From Podarcis bocagei (lineage: Eukaryota), in the NCBI GenBank assembly GCA_964188305.1, contig OZ076885.1: a stretch of 64,000 bases of DNA, one strand, 5' to 3'. Positions within the stretch are counted from its first letter, which is position 1. Each line of letters starts with the position of its first letter. A model generated the notes under the pieces. The model worked only from the letters and a program-made list of their open reading frames with translations, did no database searches and had not been told where the DNA came from. Of this stretch, positions 15,301 through 27,900 are shown one piece after another. A program made the position numbers and the translations under genes.

Positions 15301-18300
15301 TGTGTGGGATGTGTGTGTGAGAGTGAGTGAGTGAGTGAGAGAGAGAAGCAGATACACTCCTAACAACAACCCACCAGTGCTAATGTGAATGCATTTTCCA
15401 GTCAGTGTATGCAAATGTGTAATGCCCCCTTTGCCTGCCAGCAGCACGCAGAGAGAGTGGGCTGTACAACACATCAATGGCAGCTGTCAGTGAGAGCGGG
15501 GGCCTCACTTGCAATCGCAGCACCAGATTGCGCACCCACCTGCCCAGTGACAACTGCCAGGCTGCCCAGCAGAGGAATCCAGTTATGTGGAATGGCCTGC
15601 CCTCTAAGATGCATTTGCCCTACAGCAGGAGAGACTGGGGCACCAGCTCCTGCATCTGACACCAAATTCTCCCAATTGGTACCTCAAGCAGCTATTTCTT
15701 CACAGCCCAGCTCCTTCTCTACCCGGCTGCCACTACACTGCCACTTGCCTTCCTGGCCCTGCTTACCAATAGCTGAATCCAGCCACTTGGGCTTGTTCCA
15801 TTTCAGAGTGACTGCTCGGCCAGTGACAGCAGCTATGGCTGGCGGGCCATCAGGGGGGGTGGGCACCACATCTGTAAAAGGCAAGCATGGAGGTGGGTGA
15901 GAACCCATCAAGAACACAGGGGAAGATGAGGAGACAGGGGTAAATGTACACATTATTCCTTTAAAGCACATCTGAAGCATGTTATTTCCCTCCAAGAATT
16001 CTGAGCCCTGTAGTTTGTTAAGGGTTGCTGAGAATTGTAACAAAGTGAGGGGTAAACTGTAGTACCCAGAATTCTTTGAGGAGCAGGGAAATGTGCTTCA
16101 AATGTGCTTTAAAAATATTGCGTGTACACAGACAGTATGCTCTGCTTTCTGATCAGGATCACCTTTGCCCCCTTCCCTAGGGGATTCTGAGGCTTGGGTA
16201 CTAGTCTATGTTTTTAATTAGCGGGTGCTTAAGTCACTCTTTCTAGAGTGAGTTCCAGGACTCAATGATATTATGTGGTCTCCTACATGTTAAAGGTTCA
16301 AACAGCAGAGAGCTGGAAGACATCTGAAGCCCTCTATAGATGACTTTCTTGCTCCACCAGAAGATAGCTCCATGACCAGTTAAGAATGGAATCAGGCCCT
16401 TAGACTTCACATTTGCCATCCTGGGAGAGAATGATCCAAAATATTACAGAGGGGCATTCCACACTAGCACTGAGAAGATGTGTGGGGCTGCATGCCTGCA
16501 ATGGGCATGACCAGAGGAAGAAGGAAAACAGGACCAGAGTCAAAAGTGACAGATCAACAGATGTGGCTCTTACCTTTGTCAAATAGGCTGCATTCCAGCC
16601 ATGCAAAGGTCGGAACTTTCTACGCCAACCCACTCTCACAACTCCAGGCAAGTGACGGGCATTGTTATAGTTCAAGGACTATATTCTAGTTCAAAGACAC
16701 ATTCCAGCCATGCAAAGGCACTTGAGGGTATGGAGCAGGGCAAGTGAGGGTTGGGGCCTGGGAAGTGTCCCAAGGGTTGGACAGAGAGGTCTAAAGGGTC
16801 ATAGTCAGCCCTCAGGCCCAAGGTTCGCCATCCCTGGGCCCAGGCAAAGCACCTCATGGGGTGCTGATGCTGAACAGCAGCTCCTCTCACTGTTTCCCTG
16901 TCCTTACCTGTGACATAGAGGTGAGCATAGCAGGTGGCCTTGCCCAGTTTGTTGGCAATGACACTTTTATAAACCCCGGCGTGGGCGTGACTGACAGAGA
17001 TGAAGACCAAGCGATGCACATCCTTGTCTGCAATGGGCGGCGGAAGGAAGGGAACAGAGAACACGTTACAATCTTTGTACAAAGGAACAACCAGTGAGAG
17101 CCAAAGCATACAGGTACTGACATGTTTGCTACGGAAATGATATTAGGGACATGGGGAGGGAAGGTGTAGCAATGGGGGGGGGGTAGAATCCTGCAACCCT
17201 GCCTTATTTTCACTGGGAAGGGCTCAGCAAATTGCCTCCCCAGCTCCAGCTGGTGCTTCTATATCAAGGTCAGTGTCAGAGGCTGGCACAGTCGGGCATC
17301 CGCTGTGACCTATGGCTCTGCAGAGGTCCCACTGCCAAGAGACTCAGGCCCCTTCCCCTTTGCCTCCTTGCCACAGAAACCTTCCTCTGGCCCAGAGGGG
17401 GGTGAGCTGAGCAAGGAAACAATGGTGGCAAGAAAGGAAAAAAAGAAGCTGCTCACATAGCCACCTATCCTCCAGCTCTTTACTGGGGAAGTACATCCCC
17501 CCCCCCAAAAAAAAAGTCTGGAGGGGACCTGTTTCTTGTGCAAAGCAGCTCACAGATGAGATAAATTACAATCACCGCAACAACGAGGAGGAGGAGGAAA
17601 GAGGTGATGGGAGTGCACAGAGGCTGCCTGGTCCAAGACCTCCCTGCTCTGGATCTGGCCCTGTTTCATGAGGCAGCTCCTTTGTGCGCATGGGGGAAAT
17701 GCAAGGAGAGAAGCCTACACTGCATCATCCTGCGATCATCAGTGCTCTCGATGCGCCGGCCCTTGTGGAACCAGGTGATGGCTGGGTAGGGCAGCCCAGC
17801 CACTTGGCACTCAAGCACAGCCTCCTTGGATTCCACCACGTCCAGGTCATGCAGCGGCCGCAGAAAGTCAGGCATGGTGAAGCGCTCCACTTCGCTCTCC
17901 CCTTGTTCCGGCTCCTCGGGGATAGAGGGCATCTTCTCCAGCTTGGAGCTGCAAGGCCAAAAAGGGAGAGGAAAGAGAGGTCTCAATCGAAGCAGCCAGC
18001 CCAGCCGCAGGGCTGCCCTCTACAGCCACATCTCACAAAGGATCACAGCCACAGATATGATAAGTCGGAGGTATCCTATTGGAACAGGAAAAGCCATCTC
18101 CGCAGGCAAGCCATGATCAGGTTTCACAGATGCAGGCATGGTGGAGAAAAGCCATAGGGGAGTTTCTTGCAAACATTCCCCAGGGAAAACAAGCAGCAGA
18201 TAAATGAGGATTGGGAAGTGCTTCCATTGTTACCGAAGGGAGATCAAGTGATCCCAAAGGAGCTGCAGAAGTATGAAACAAATGTGGATTATGGAGTGAT

Positions 18301-21300
18301 TGCAGGGGGAAATTACAGGTCAATATCATCCAGTGTGTGGCTGGGAAATGAGGATCCCTAACTACTTGAGTTTGATAGTGACTATACAGAGATAAGGAAC
18401 CATGCCAAGAGAAATCAACCAGGCAAAAGCAGCTGGCGAATATATTTCCTCCTGCTTCACAAACAGAAAACTGTAGGTGTATAAGGCAGGAAACGCCATA
18501 CTTTCTTGGAGCAGTTTTTGATAGCCATAGGAAAATCTGCTGGTTGTATGAAATAGGTAATATATTGGATAATAAACTGGGAAATACCATACAGTACTGA
18601 ACCCAACCCAGTTCAATCGCTTCAGGGTTTTGTCCACGCTTAAAGAGGAATGGAAAAACATTTGCCTTTAACTAAAGTTGAGATGCCTTTGCAATCAATC
18701 CAACAGCTTGGCTCTGGGGAGGGATAATGCTTTTTATTGCCCTGGAATAACCAGATAACTGCCTGTTTGCATGCAGTGCCAGGGATATCTGCTATTCTGC
18801 TACAACGGATTGACTGTCCCGGTCCTTTTTTATATTACATGTAATCGGTTCAATTGGCCTTAATATAAAATGCCTCTATTTTGTCTGGCTAATGTCCCTC
18901 GTTTTAAGCATGCTAATTATAGTTGCTGATGCATCGAAGGATTTGTGCTCTGAAAGAGCATGTGCACTTATAAGACCTGGAACAGGAATACAAGAGCGGA
19001 GTATGTTGGGAAAGACTGGTAAGGCCACAGGCAAAGCTGATTCTCACAAGAAGACGGCAAGAGCCCTCTGAGAGTGACTGTGTTTGAGGGCCACTCTGGT
19101 TTGGGCAACGAGCCAGGCTGTGACGGGGCCTGCATTCCAGGGAACTTCCTGTGAGCTTGGGTCAGTGAGAACAGAGGCCGGGTCTGGTTCTCATGAATAC
19201 AGAATTACTCCCAGGTTGAGGAGTTTCCCCCTCATATTAGGATTGCTGGGCCAGGGTGGGGAGCAGCTATCACCACTCATATACAAATGTCAGTAAGGCA
19301 ATGCATTTGAAACACAGAAGTTAATATCACAGACAAACAACTTCTAGCTGTTTATTGCCTGACATTAATATGGAACTTGGGGGTGGGGAGAAGACACACA
19401 GTGTAGTCAAAAGCCAAAGAAAACAAACAGCATTTATTCCATTGGTCAGGACGGTTTAAAAATGGCCCAGGCCTTAAATGTGCCCTCCCCACAAAAAAAG
19501 ATGCAGTGCCAGGGCACAGTGCAAGCTGAATTAGGAGGCCATGGGTACATTCACATAAGCAAATTAGCACAGGAAGATAGCTGGTGCCAGAACATTGGCT
19601 GTAAGAAATATTAAAATGCCCACAACTGACTGTGACCCAACACCTAAGGCAAGTGGTAGAGAACTTCAGACCCAGGGTCCAAATGTGGCCCTCCAGGTTC
19701 TCTACCTGGCCCTTCGGTCTCGCCCCAGACTACTACCACCCCATTCCTCAGGCCCCAAGTGCTTTCCCCCTCTGACTGGAATATGTTCCTGAACTGTAAA
19801 AATGTCCCTTGCTTGCCTGGAGAGAGGATGGAGAAAGGTGTGTGTTTGGGGGTGCAGAGAGAAAGAGAGAGAACACTCTCTGACTTTTCTGTGGCTGAAA
19901 CGAAGCCTACTATAGAAAGGTTACCTACCACCCTTGGAACCTTTCACTCCATGTGCTAATGTGGTCATTGAGCTGAAAAAAGGTTCCTTGCCCCTGATTT
20001 AATGGGATATCCTGGCATCCAGCTCTAGGCCCCATCCTCAGCCCTACCTTTCTCCTCATACTCACATCTGAGAGCTGGTTGCTGGTCTCGGCTCCTCCAC
20101 ATACAGCTCAGCGGTGCACTCGGCTCGGCCATGTTTGTTGCTGGCGCTCACTCCGTACTGGCCCTCGTCCTCGGAGCTCACGTGCAGGAGCAGCAACGAG
20201 TACAGCCCGCCGTCCCGCTGCAGGCGCATGGTTTCCCCCTCTTGCACAGGCTGGCCTGCATCAGACACATCTCAGTCAGAGAGCCCTGGTCCGAAAGCAA
20301 GAGGAACCAAGGCAGGCATTATCCTGAACGAAACCAAGCCTTCCACTGGTTTAGGGCCTGGAACGGGGAGATGGCATCCCTCTATCCCTTGGGCCACGAT
20401 AGGGAACAGAAATAAAGAGGGAGAGGCCTTGCCCAGCCCCACCCCAGAAGAGTAGCTATACTGAAATTTATGGCATGGGGTAGGTAGGCCACACTGCCCT
20501 ACACATGCTAGTCTTGCTACAAATGTGGGAGAGCTCTTTTGCCGACTCCCAGTCTGAAGAAGAGGGCGGCATCCAGCACAGCTCAGGATCCTGAATAAAA
20601 ACTTGTAGATCAACTTTGTCATCCAGAGCAGCGGCTGAGTTCATAGCTGGAAACAGAGTATGCAGAAAGGCCTGCTGTGCACTTGAGAACTGTGGACACT
20701 CCAACAAGACAGTGAAGAGAACGCTACAGAGGCATGCACATGGGTGCAACCCCAGCCAAACAGCATAGATACTGAGAGGTAGGGACTCTGTGCCCAGTCC
20801 TTAGGTAGACACATTTGACCATAATCAGATGTGCTGATTTCAATTCAAGATGCTGATTGGTGGTCTGCCCCTGCCCCCTTCTCCCAGTTGTCATGGTTTC
20901 CAAAAAGGAACGTGGAGTGGGGAGCAGCTTGACCCTGCGGCCTGATCTCTCTGCAACATCAAGGCCACCATGAATAGCTGGGCACCGATCCCACACTCTA
21001 GTGTCCTCCCAAACCCCCAAAAGCTGATTTTTGAATTCCCTGTTACCCAGAGCCTCCTGTACTGCGAGATGGAGGCTATTACCAAAACGTGTCCAGGTGA
21101 CAACTGGTGTGGGTTTGCCGCTGATCTTGCAGTCGAACCGTGCCATCCGCCCCTCTACCACAGCCACGGCCTCCAGCTTGCGGGTGAAGAGTGGCTGCTG
21201 CGAGGGCAAGACCGTCAGCTTGGCGCTGCATGTCAGCTCATCTGCAAGGCACAGCGAAGGGTCAGCTACAGTGGAGGGCCCTGGAGAAATCTTCCCTTCC

Positions 21301-21841
21301 CTTCCGAAAGCAGCCTCAGTGTCATGGATGGAAGGCACAGTAGGGGAAGCAGCTGGCAGCAGATTGTGTGACTGGACTGCTATACCCTTGGGCATGGGAC
21401 GGTTGTGAGAAGTTGTGAGCAAGGGAAACGTTGGGGGCAAAAGAGCAGGAAGGAAGTTCTTTGGGCATAGGGTTGGAGTTATTAAGGAAGAGGAGAGTTC
21501 ATAAGCTAATTGCTCCTGCTTCTTTCTGGGCACTGTCTTAAAGCTGACCCTGGCTTCCACTTCTCCTGGCTTCCAATTCTCCATTAGATCCTAATGCTTG
21601 AGGTAGGTTATTTTTATGATTCATTTACTTATTAATGCAATATAATTATTTGCTATTCTTCCTTGTGAAAATTCTTGCTAATCTTTTGATAACACCTTGA
21701 GCCAGTTTGGCTAATATCTTGTGAGAAAGCAGCGTACAAATAAGCAGGCAAATGAATGAATTATCCAACTTTTTAAATGGTTCTGCTCTTCTGCACTGAA
21801 TGCCACTCTTTCTGATGCACAGAAATGAAACAGGGAAAGGT

Positions 21842-21921
<80 letters not shown>

Positions 21922-24900
21922 ACACTGCTTTATCTCCAAACCACAAAAATCCTCAGCTGCTGAATTTCTGCATGTCAGGTTGCTGTTAAAGGCACAGGAT
22001 CCAGGCTAGGGTGCGGGTAAGAGGAGAAAGTGCCAACAACCCTCCTTAGAACATTCCTGCAAAAGCTGCCAGCCTCTGTTCAAATCACTAAGGTAACAGA
22101 ATCTAAGCCCCTTTGTATGGGTAGGCGTCAGGTTTGCCAGTTTCCCTCCCCTCCTCTGCAGCTCCCTCCAACATCTGTTCATTGGCTTTGAATCTGTCAT
22201 CTGACAGGGCTGTCAGAGGATGTACTTGAGCATGTCCGAGACTAGGAGAGATGAGAATGTAAATAAAAGTCATTTGCCTCCCTAATCAGGTTGCCACTAC
22301 TACTGTGCAGGCCTCTCTAATAGTGACAGCCACTGTAGTGTCATCATTACTAAGACACTGGGCACTACCAGAGGTGGGTTTAATTTGCAAGCAGATTGTT
22401 GGTGATAAGTACAACCCCGAAAGGTAAAATTGTATTTTTTGTTGCCAGTGATAAGCACTTCTGGGCAGTGTTGGCTGGTTCCCATTGGAATTGGTGGAGC
22501 AGACGGGAAGGAGGCCCAGCAATTGGTGGAGCCAGAGCCAGTAACAGAGTCAGCAAATCCCCCATCATCCTCCCTGCTTCGTTCTGCAAGGGAAACCCTG
22601 TTAAGACTAAGGAGGAGAAGACTAAGGAGGAGGAAGCCAACAAACCATTTTGCCCCCTGGACAAGTAAGCCAGTGAGCAGTGGGGATTGGCTGAGGACGG
22701 ACTGAGGCTGGCAGCCCAGTGCTCCATTCACCCTATTGGACCACCCTCCACTGCTTATGGGGATTTTCTCCCTCAGGTGCCAATATAACTTGTCTCGCCT
22801 TGCTAAGCCGCTTGCACTCAAACAAGGTGCTGTTTTTAAAGCCAGCCCCACCACTCCTGCCACAAAGAGGTGATTGTGGCAAGAAATGGGTAACAAGCAA
22901 TGCCATTCCAGGCCCTAACTAATCCCACACCACTTGGGGAATTCATCCAAGCCACTGAACAGATTCCAAAGGGGTCTGGGGTGTGTCTGAGGCAAATTAC
23001 GGTAAATAGGACTGCTCGGCTCCTTTCTCTCATGGAACTCCCGGTCTGGGGCTAGAACTCTGGTGCCTAGCTAAAAGCACCAGTGGAGTTCCTTATTGCA
23101 ACTGTTTGATAGCAGAGTAGCTGCGCATGGCCTTGGGTGCTAGAGGGCACGACAATGACATAGCATCTGAGTGACAAACAGGTTCAAGACTGGGTGCAAA
23201 CTCTTAGGGGTATGGTGATCCCCTTCCCTGGAAAAAGAAGAAGGAGGGATTGGATGTCTTCTGCTACATACACACCGTGTCTTCAAAGCACATTCAAAGC
23301 ACATCCCAAGGATTCAGGGAACCGTCACAGAGCTACCATTCCCAGTACCCTTAGCAAACTACAGTTCTCAGGATTCTTTGGGTGAAGGAAAGGTGCTTTA
23401 AGTATGGTTTGTACACAGCCTTCTTTTCTGAATGTGAACTGTGTGCTCATATGAGCATAGGGTGGGGGCTTTCCCTTTGCCCACTTTTGCAAGCTAGCCG
23501 CTCCGCATGTAACCTCTCCACGCACGAAATGACCTTTTCAGCCTGGCCACATAAAAGCAAGCAAGCAAGCAGGTCTGTGGAGGTTATTCTTGGCTGTATT
23601 ATTTATCCTGCCAGTTCAGAAGCTCAGTACATACCTAAGGTATAAGGCCTACTATATTAATATATTTCTTTCCTTCTCTGCTGAAGCTTCTTGTCCTTAA
23701 TACAGGTCCAGAAAGCAACTCTTAGCTAGGGGCTCAAATTCAGGATTGTAACCATGAGAGGACTGGCAACCACACAGTTGCATCCTTTACTATACCTCTT
23801 GCCCCTTTGACTCCCTGCCCCCCAACCCATAAATTGCCCAGGAATTTATCTCAGCTCATCAGTCTGGAATGTCTTTTTATCTAACACCAACTCAAGTGCA
23901 CTGTGTTTGAGAACACACTCTACAGTGAAAGCACATATAAAGCAAATGACTTCACTCTCCCACCAAGAATCCAGGGAACTGTAGTTTGTTAAAGGTGCTG
24001 GGAGTTATAGCTCTATGGGGGTAACCTACAGCTCCTAGAATTATTTGGGGGAAATACATGTGCTTGAAATGTATGGTGACTACTGAGCCCTAGATAGCTC
24101 TGCATACGAAAGGAAATGGGGAAGCTCTTCTCTACCCCACACCCTAAAAACAACCAGGTGTCTGTTTGGTCCTTGCAGGAGAATTGTAATGAACTAGTAG
24201 CATAGAAAAAAGACTGGCAAGGGAATTCCCACAACATGCCATTATATTTTTTGTGCTGTTTATTTGGTTTTCTGTCGATTGACGTTTGTTCTGATTCAGC
24301 AGGAAACAGCGGGTTTTCCCAGGGAAAGTAGGAGGACAAAATGAAACCTCTCAGACCTGTGATTAGAAATCATGGGACAAAGAAAAGTGTGGATTGGCCC
24401 TAACTTGTGCTGTATAACCCTTGGCCATTTGGACAGCAGGCTGGGCTCTGGTAGCTGCTGCTGTTCACCCCGTAGGGGAGTGGTGACATATTTCATGTTG
24501 TTAGGTGATTTCTCCACTCCCATGACCCACTTTGCATGAACACTTTTAGTATTCTTATATTTGTACTCTTTTTATTGAATTTGTTATTGTATTTTAAGTC
24601 ACTTCAGGATGTCCATAAGTAAACTAAATTTGTTCTGCAGTTGCCCCTATACAATCCAGCTGCCCTTCCCCAGCCTTGATATATATATATATTTGATTTA
24701 CTAAATCTGTGATGGATACAACACTATACACATCTATTCAGAAACAAGTCCCACTGAGTTTAATTTGTAGGACCTTCTCTCAAATGGGTACACAGACTCA
24801 GAGTTGGAAGGGACCCGGAGGGTCATTTAGTCCAACACCCTGCAATGCATGAATATGTAATTGTCTCTTACAGGAATCAAAGCTACAACCTTGGTATTAT

Positions 24901-27900
24901 CAGCACCACACTCTATAACCAACTGAGCTATCCAGCTGAACAAATCTACGCAGAAGAAAGTCCATCAAGTTCAATAGAAAGTGCTCCCAAGTAATGTGTG
25001 CCTAGGATTGCAGTCTCAATGCGTTTTCTAGGTAGCAGGGAAGCAGATAGGGTGATGTGAAGGTTCTTACATTGGTTTAATGAGGCATGCCAGCCCCCAG
25101 GGCCTAAGGCAGCAGGCTATTCATGCTTCCTGCTTTAGTATAAGGAATGAATTGTAACACTTTAAACACGTGTGCCTATTTTGAATGGTCAAATAATTAT
25201 GGAATCTTAAAACTTCAGCATCACAGAGACACCATCCCCCCTCCCAATTATATCAGTGCAGTGATGACCCTGTTGAAAATAGGGTTGCCAGCTGACCAGA
25301 AAAAAACCTGAGCCCAACCTGCTCTCGTGCCTGTTAGAGCACCTGAATATGGAGGAACAAGCAGGTTAAGGGTTTCAAGGGATGGAGATAAACATCACCT
25401 ATTTATATATGTTCATCACACTGCTATTAAAGGCACTGTTACAATGGTTGGTTGAAGGTGAGCAGCCAGTTACAAGCATCCCCTTCTTGCTCCTGGACCA
25501 CCTTGACTTCTCCCAGTGCAGCGTTTCCTCCTTCCTTACCTTTAGCTGTGCTAAGCTTGCACGTGTAGATACCACTATCATCCTCATGCACAGAGGTAAG
25601 CAGTAGCTTGCACTTGCGCCCATCGAAATGCATCTTGCACTGGAGCAGAGCAGGCTGGAGCAGGCGCCCCCGCCATAGCCAGTCCACATCCACATCAGGT
25701 GGGCCAGACACCAGGCACTCGAAGAGAGCTGCATCCCCAGCCCCCACCACCACGTCCTGCAGGGGGGCCAGCACTGCCAAGGACTGGGTCTCAGGGTGCA
25801 CTGGGGAAAAGGAGGGGAGGGGGAAGGGAGGAGGAAACGGAAAAAAAGAGAGAGAAAGAAAGATGCGTCTCTGAGCAATGGAACAAAAACAGGAAAAGAT
25901 GCAGGGCACAAGGTGGGGGAAGCATGTTGTGAGTATTCATGGCTAAGTGAGATTGCCAAGCTGGACAACATCTTGTTGATTGCCAGCAAGAGTAAAGGGT
26001 GCGATCCCTTCCCCATCCCTACTGTTAAGTGTCATGCAGTACTCCGATTCCTTTGGTTCAATATTCTCATAAGGATAATAATGCTAAGCTAGATTAAACT
26101 AGCAATGACTGACTTCTGTGTGCTGAAACTTCACTCACTACATTTCTGGCTATGTTCAATGTCTATTAGTTTCTTCAGTTGTATAAGTATAATGAACAAA
26201 AAAACCCTAGGGCTTCTGCACTCTCCCAGAGTAGCTCTGAGGCATGGCTAACTGCACAACTCACTGGGGGTAACTAATACCATCACCTTGACAAATAACT
26301 TTAAGCTGCTCGAGATGCAAAGGAGGAGGAAGCATATGTATCTTGCACTGCCTGTTCCTCCCCTACATCTCAAACACCCAAAGCCACGATAAATGCTGAA
26401 TGAAAAAACCTGACGCAATAACTCTAGTTCTAGTGCTAAACCAGGATGCAAGACTAAGAACTAAGGAGAAGGAATAAGTTGCTTCCCCCATGGCCCAGTG
26501 TCATCTTTCCTCCACACGTCAGGGAACCAACGGCCTGTAAGTTTTGCATACTTCAAACTACCAAGTTAAGACAAATCCGAGCAAATACTTCTGTGTGTAC
26601 TGTGTTTAATACTTCAACAAAATACTACTTGAGGCTGGCAACCCATTAACCACTGCAACCAGGAATGAGTAGCAGGAGAGAGGAAGGCAGCCATATTCAG
26701 AAGCAAATTAAATGTGAATGAAAGAATGATGGGGTGTGGAGAACACAAGAGCAGGATATTGGGGTAAGAAGGGGACGTGGGGAAGAGGGAGACAGGGGTC
26801 TGCGCTAGGAACAAACCACACAGCACTTTTACCAAACGAAACAGACTTTATTTCTTCTACAAAAAAGGGGTTCACTGTAGCCCAGCCCCTGTGAGACCTT
26901 CCCAGAGCGGGGTGGGCACAATGGTAGTAAGAGACTGCATCCCTGGCCTCCTTCATTAAAGATGCTCCATAGCCCAGCAGGCTCAAGTCTAGTGGGGTGC
27001 CATTATTTCCCTGAGCCCTCCTCCATCCCACACAACTCAGGGGCAAAGGTCCCTTCCCAGTGAGCTTGTGCTGTCCAGACTTCGTGCAGATAAGGACGCT
27101 GCCTTGCGTAAAGCTGAGCATGTAGTCTTCTGCCCACAGACACCTTCTTGGATTTGAGGGAAAGCAAGGCCTAGATTGGGCCTCCTCCTTCCAAAGCTGC
27201 CTCATTTTAGTGTGTGTGGTCCATGGGTGAGCAGCACAAGCCTCTAGAGAAGCTGGCCAGGGAGCAGACAAGTGAGTGCTCTGCCCCAGGCCCCTGGAAA
27301 CAGGAGTGTGCAAACGGGGGCAAGAAGACATGGACACATGGAAGAAACAGAGAGCACCACACATTGGCCACAGTTCAGGCCAGACAGAAATGGATGCCGG
27401 CACGGGGATTAAACACCATCAGCACCTAGAGGTGTAACGCCTGGGTACAGGCACAGTGCCCACCACTGAGATTATATGCCCTAGAGTGGATCACATGGAG
27501 ACTCGATTGTACAGAGAGGCTTCCTGCCCACGCACTAAGGAGATGGCACAGATTGGTTCAGCTCACGCAGCTAAGGGCAGCCCAGAACTACTCTCCCACC
27601 CACAGTGGCTCACTCCTCCAGCTGCCCTGTGGGTCCAGGTGAGTCTCGGCGCTGGCCATCCAGTGGGTGGGGGCAGGAGCCAAGCCTTGCCAGTCTGGTT
27701 TGTTCAGTCAACGCTGGGAGCAGAGGCAACTGCCCAAGTTGTCTGGCTAGAGCGGCCCAGGGGCCAAGCAGTAGCTTAGCTCACTCCCCCTGTACAGACA
27801 AAAACACAGTCAGCAAGCAAAGGGTTAGTGTAGCATGGTGGACACAGAGGCAAAGCACAGACAAATTCATACATGCCTGGTCAAAGCAAAGGGTTTGCCT

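Noticed and set aside
22300-22586. In-frame acceptor and open frame (ERSREDDGG...) as an alternative terminal exon
   Set aside because: The acceptor is plausible, but the peptide resembles nothing I recognise and no nearby minus-strand poly(A) signal or strong donor was seen.
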